Source: Candidatus Omnitrophota bacterium (GTDB lineage Bacteria > Hinthialibacterota > Hinthialibacteria > Hinthialibacterales > Hinthialibacteraceae). From it: a stretch of 64,000 bases of DNA. The notes beneath the pieces are model-generated. The model was given only the letters and a program-made list of their open reading frames with translations, did not search any database and was not told where the DNA came from. A program made the translations under genes and the position numbers. The stretch lies in NCBI GenBank assembly GCA_016934335.1, contig JAFGTC010000309.1:10714-74713 (forward strand). Reading direction: 5' to 3'. Within the stretch, counting starts at the first letter, position 1, and each line of letters opens with the position of its first letter. This document shows positions 59,509 to 64,000 of the stretch, piece after piece.

Positions 59509-60666
59509 TTACAGAGACGCCAAGATTTCCTGCGTAATTTCCCGCGACTCGCGATCCACCGCCTGAATATCTTCCAGGGTGTAATCGAGCCGGGGGGAAT
59601 GGCGCTTCATGCTTTGCTCCAGGATGCGGGGGATGGCGCCGAAGCAGATGCGTCCGTTCAAATAGGCCGAGACGACCTCTTCGTTGGCGACCGACAGATA
59701 CGCAGGCATCGTTCCACCGGTCTGAGCCGCTTCATAGGCAAGCGACAAACAGGGAAAGCTGTCGAGATCGGGGGGGAAGAACGTCAATTGAGAAATATCC
59801 AATAGATTCAATTTGCGGCCGGAGCGCTCGATGCGCTCGGGATAGGAAAGCGCATACTGAATGGGCGTGCGCATATCGGCGTCGCCCAACTGCGCCATAA
59901 TCGATCCATCGCAAAACTCAATCATGGAATGAATGATCGATTGGGGATGCACGACGACATCGATGCGATCCAACGGCGTTTGAAACAAATGATGCGCTTC
60001 GATCAACTCCAATCCCTTGTTGAACAGCGTCGCCGAATCGATGGTGATCTTAGCGCCCATGTTCCAGGTAGGATGATTCAGGGCTTCTTCGACGGGCACA
60101 TTCTCGAAATCTTCCGGACGCCGCCCCCGAAACGGTCCGCCCGACGCCGTCAGAATGATTCGTTCGACTTCCTCAGGGCGTCCGCTCTGCAGGCATTGGA
60201 GAATGGCGCTGTGTTCGCTGTCGATCGGCACAATGGGAACGCCGCACTGGCGAGCTTCGCGCATGAGCAGATCCCCCGCCATCGCCAGCACCTCTTTATT
60301 GGCGAGAGCGATGTGCTTCCCCGTCCGGACCGCTTCGAACGTCGATTGAAAACCGACAGCCCCCACCGTGGCGATCACCGCCGTATCGGCGTCGCAGCGC
60401 CGCACCAGTTCCACCAGCGAATCCGGGCCGCTAAGAAATTCCGCCCCCGGCGCCAGTTCATTTCGAGGAAAAAGAGCGGCCGCCTTTTCGTCGGTCAGGG
60501 CGACGAACCGGGGAGAGAACTCGCGGCATTGTTGTGCGAGCATTTCCTGGTTTCGATGCGCGGCCAGAGCGGCGATTTCAAACCGGCCGGGATGACAGCG
60601 CACCACATCCAGACATTGACATCCTATTGATCCGGTTGATCCCAAAAGAATCAATTTTTTCATCAT
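59509..60666 (-). CDS. dxr: 1-deoxy-D-xylulose 5-phosphate reductoisomerase
   Basis: LGSTGSIG, LANKE, PIDSEHSA, LTASGGPF, HPTW.MG.KITIDSAT..NKGLE.IEA, HPQSIIHS. Confidence 0.97.
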   Translation of the reverse strand: MMKKLILLGSTGSIGCQCLDVVRCHPGRFEIAALAAHRNQEMLAQQCREFSPRFVALTDEKAAALFPRNELAPGAEFLSGPDSLVELVRRCDADTAVIATVGAVGFQSTFEAVRTGKHIALANKEVLAMAGDLLMREARQCGVPIVPIDSEHSAILQCLQSGRPEEVERIILTASGGPFRGRRPEDFENVPVEEALNHPTWNMGAKITIDSATLFNKGLELIEAHHLFQTPLDRIDVVVHPQSIIHSMIEFCDGSIMAQLGDADMRTPIQYALSYPERIERSGRKLNLLDISQLTFFPPDLDSFPCLSLAYEAAQTGGTMPAYLSVANEEVVSAYLNGRICFGAIPRILEQSMKRHSPRLDYTLEDIQAVDRESREITQEILASL

Positions 60667-61046
60667 GACGGTTTTTCTTATCCATTCGGAGGCAATACTG
60701 GCGCCTTGTCGATTCATACTGTATTTAACTGGGATAGTTTCCTAACAAGGCGTTCGTCTGTCAACCAGTCTAGTTGACGCACGTTTGACGATTCTCTATC
60801 CGCACAATTCTTCACGCCGCTCGCCTTGCCGCGTCGCCCGAATTTATCACAAGATGTTCAAAATAAGCAACTTACATTAATCATCACGTTCGGATATTTA
60901 TCTCGAGAATTTCCATCCCGTAGGAAATGTCCAAACAATGGATCGCCCATCTTCGCCAATTGAAGCGACCTGCCATTTCTAGAAAAATCCATAGACGCCC
61001 CGAAGAGGGAAAAGAGCGCCTTTTCCAGGAAAAATTCCTGCAAACC

Positions 61047-61075
61047 TTGACTTTTGTTACTCATTCCATTATACT
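61047..61075 (+). promoter_or_regulatory. Sigma70 promoter of gyrB
   Basis: TTGACT(61047)-N17-TATACT(61070). Confidence 0.7.
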
Positions 61076-61181
61076 TATGTAACTTCTTCAAAACAAAGCT
61101 CTAACAGAGATGAACTATCTCGGAATCACCATGAATCCATATCCATATTCCAACTGTTTGGTGATGAAATCCAGGGCGTGA

Positions 61182-63722
<2,541 letters not shown>

Positions 63723-63752
63723 GAATAACAACGCCATTGCGAGGCGGTTTGT

Positions 63753-64000
63753 ATGACAAACAAACAAACGAAGCCTTCTTTCATCCGAGTTGCGGCAGGT
63801 CAAATCAACACGACGGTCGGCGATTTGGACGGCAACACGGAAAAAATCATCGAATGGATCGACCAAGCGCGTGCGCACCGTGTTCAGATCCTGGCTTTTC
63901 CCGAATTGACGATCTGCGGGTACCCCCCGAAAGATTTACTCTTAAAAACACAGTTCATCGCCGATCAGCAAAAATATTTGGAAGCGATTCTGCCCGAAAC
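63753..64000 (+). CDS. nadE: Glutamine-dependent NAD+ synthetase, N-terminal nitrilase domain (truncated by window end)
   Basis: Translated by hand: MTNKQTKPSFIRVAAGQINTTVGDLDGNTEKI...ILAFPELTICGYPPKDLLL; absent from the ORF track because no stop falls inside the window. Confidence 0.85.
   Translation, partial: MTNKQTKPSFIRVAAGQINTTVGDLDGNTEKIIEWIDQARAHRVQILAFPELTICGYPPKDLLLKTQFIADQQKYLEAILPE

Overview
Gene-dense bacterial chromosomal segment of moderate-to-high GC, with no rRNA, tRNA, CRISPR array or mobile element that I can recognise. The A|FTLIELLIVVAIIGILAAIAVPNF pilin-like paralogues and the gene mix suggest an uncultured diderm candidate-phylum lineage such as OLB16/Hinthialibacterota or Sumerlaeota (inference only). 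In order the window holds: a GH140/DUF4038-like protein and an exported nucleoside hydrolase; the nusA-infB-DUF503-rbfA-truB-rpsO-pnp operon (minus strand); a Zn-ribbon/TPR/coiled-coil membrane protein; sufBCDSUT behind a near-consensus sigma70 promoter covered by a perfect inverted repeat; an orphan pilC; a bacterial XPB helicase plus a p52/Tfb2-like partner; a ~20 kb co-oriented minus-strand protein-quality-control block (htrA-grpE-dnaK-FmdB-hyp-BatD-like-moxR-GT2-DUF58-TPR/parvulin-hyp-batABCDE-groEL-GT-C-like); dprA plus two pilin-like genes; a DUF1080 protein; two DUF4097 lipoproteins; TetR-MFP-RND; dxr; gyrB; and the start of nadE. Best leads: (1) the MoxR/vWA (Bat) module nested among DnaK, HtrA and an orphan GroEL, with glycosyltransferases and a PPIase added; (2) a DUF4097 paralogue in which every repeat Asn is replaced by His; (3) the XPB/p52-like pair; (4) an unannotated two-member paralogue family with LTxxQ-like motifs; (5) the suf operator; (6) a ~160-200 nt rod hairpin between rpsO and pnp. 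All assignments come from motifs read by eye; no database searches were run.
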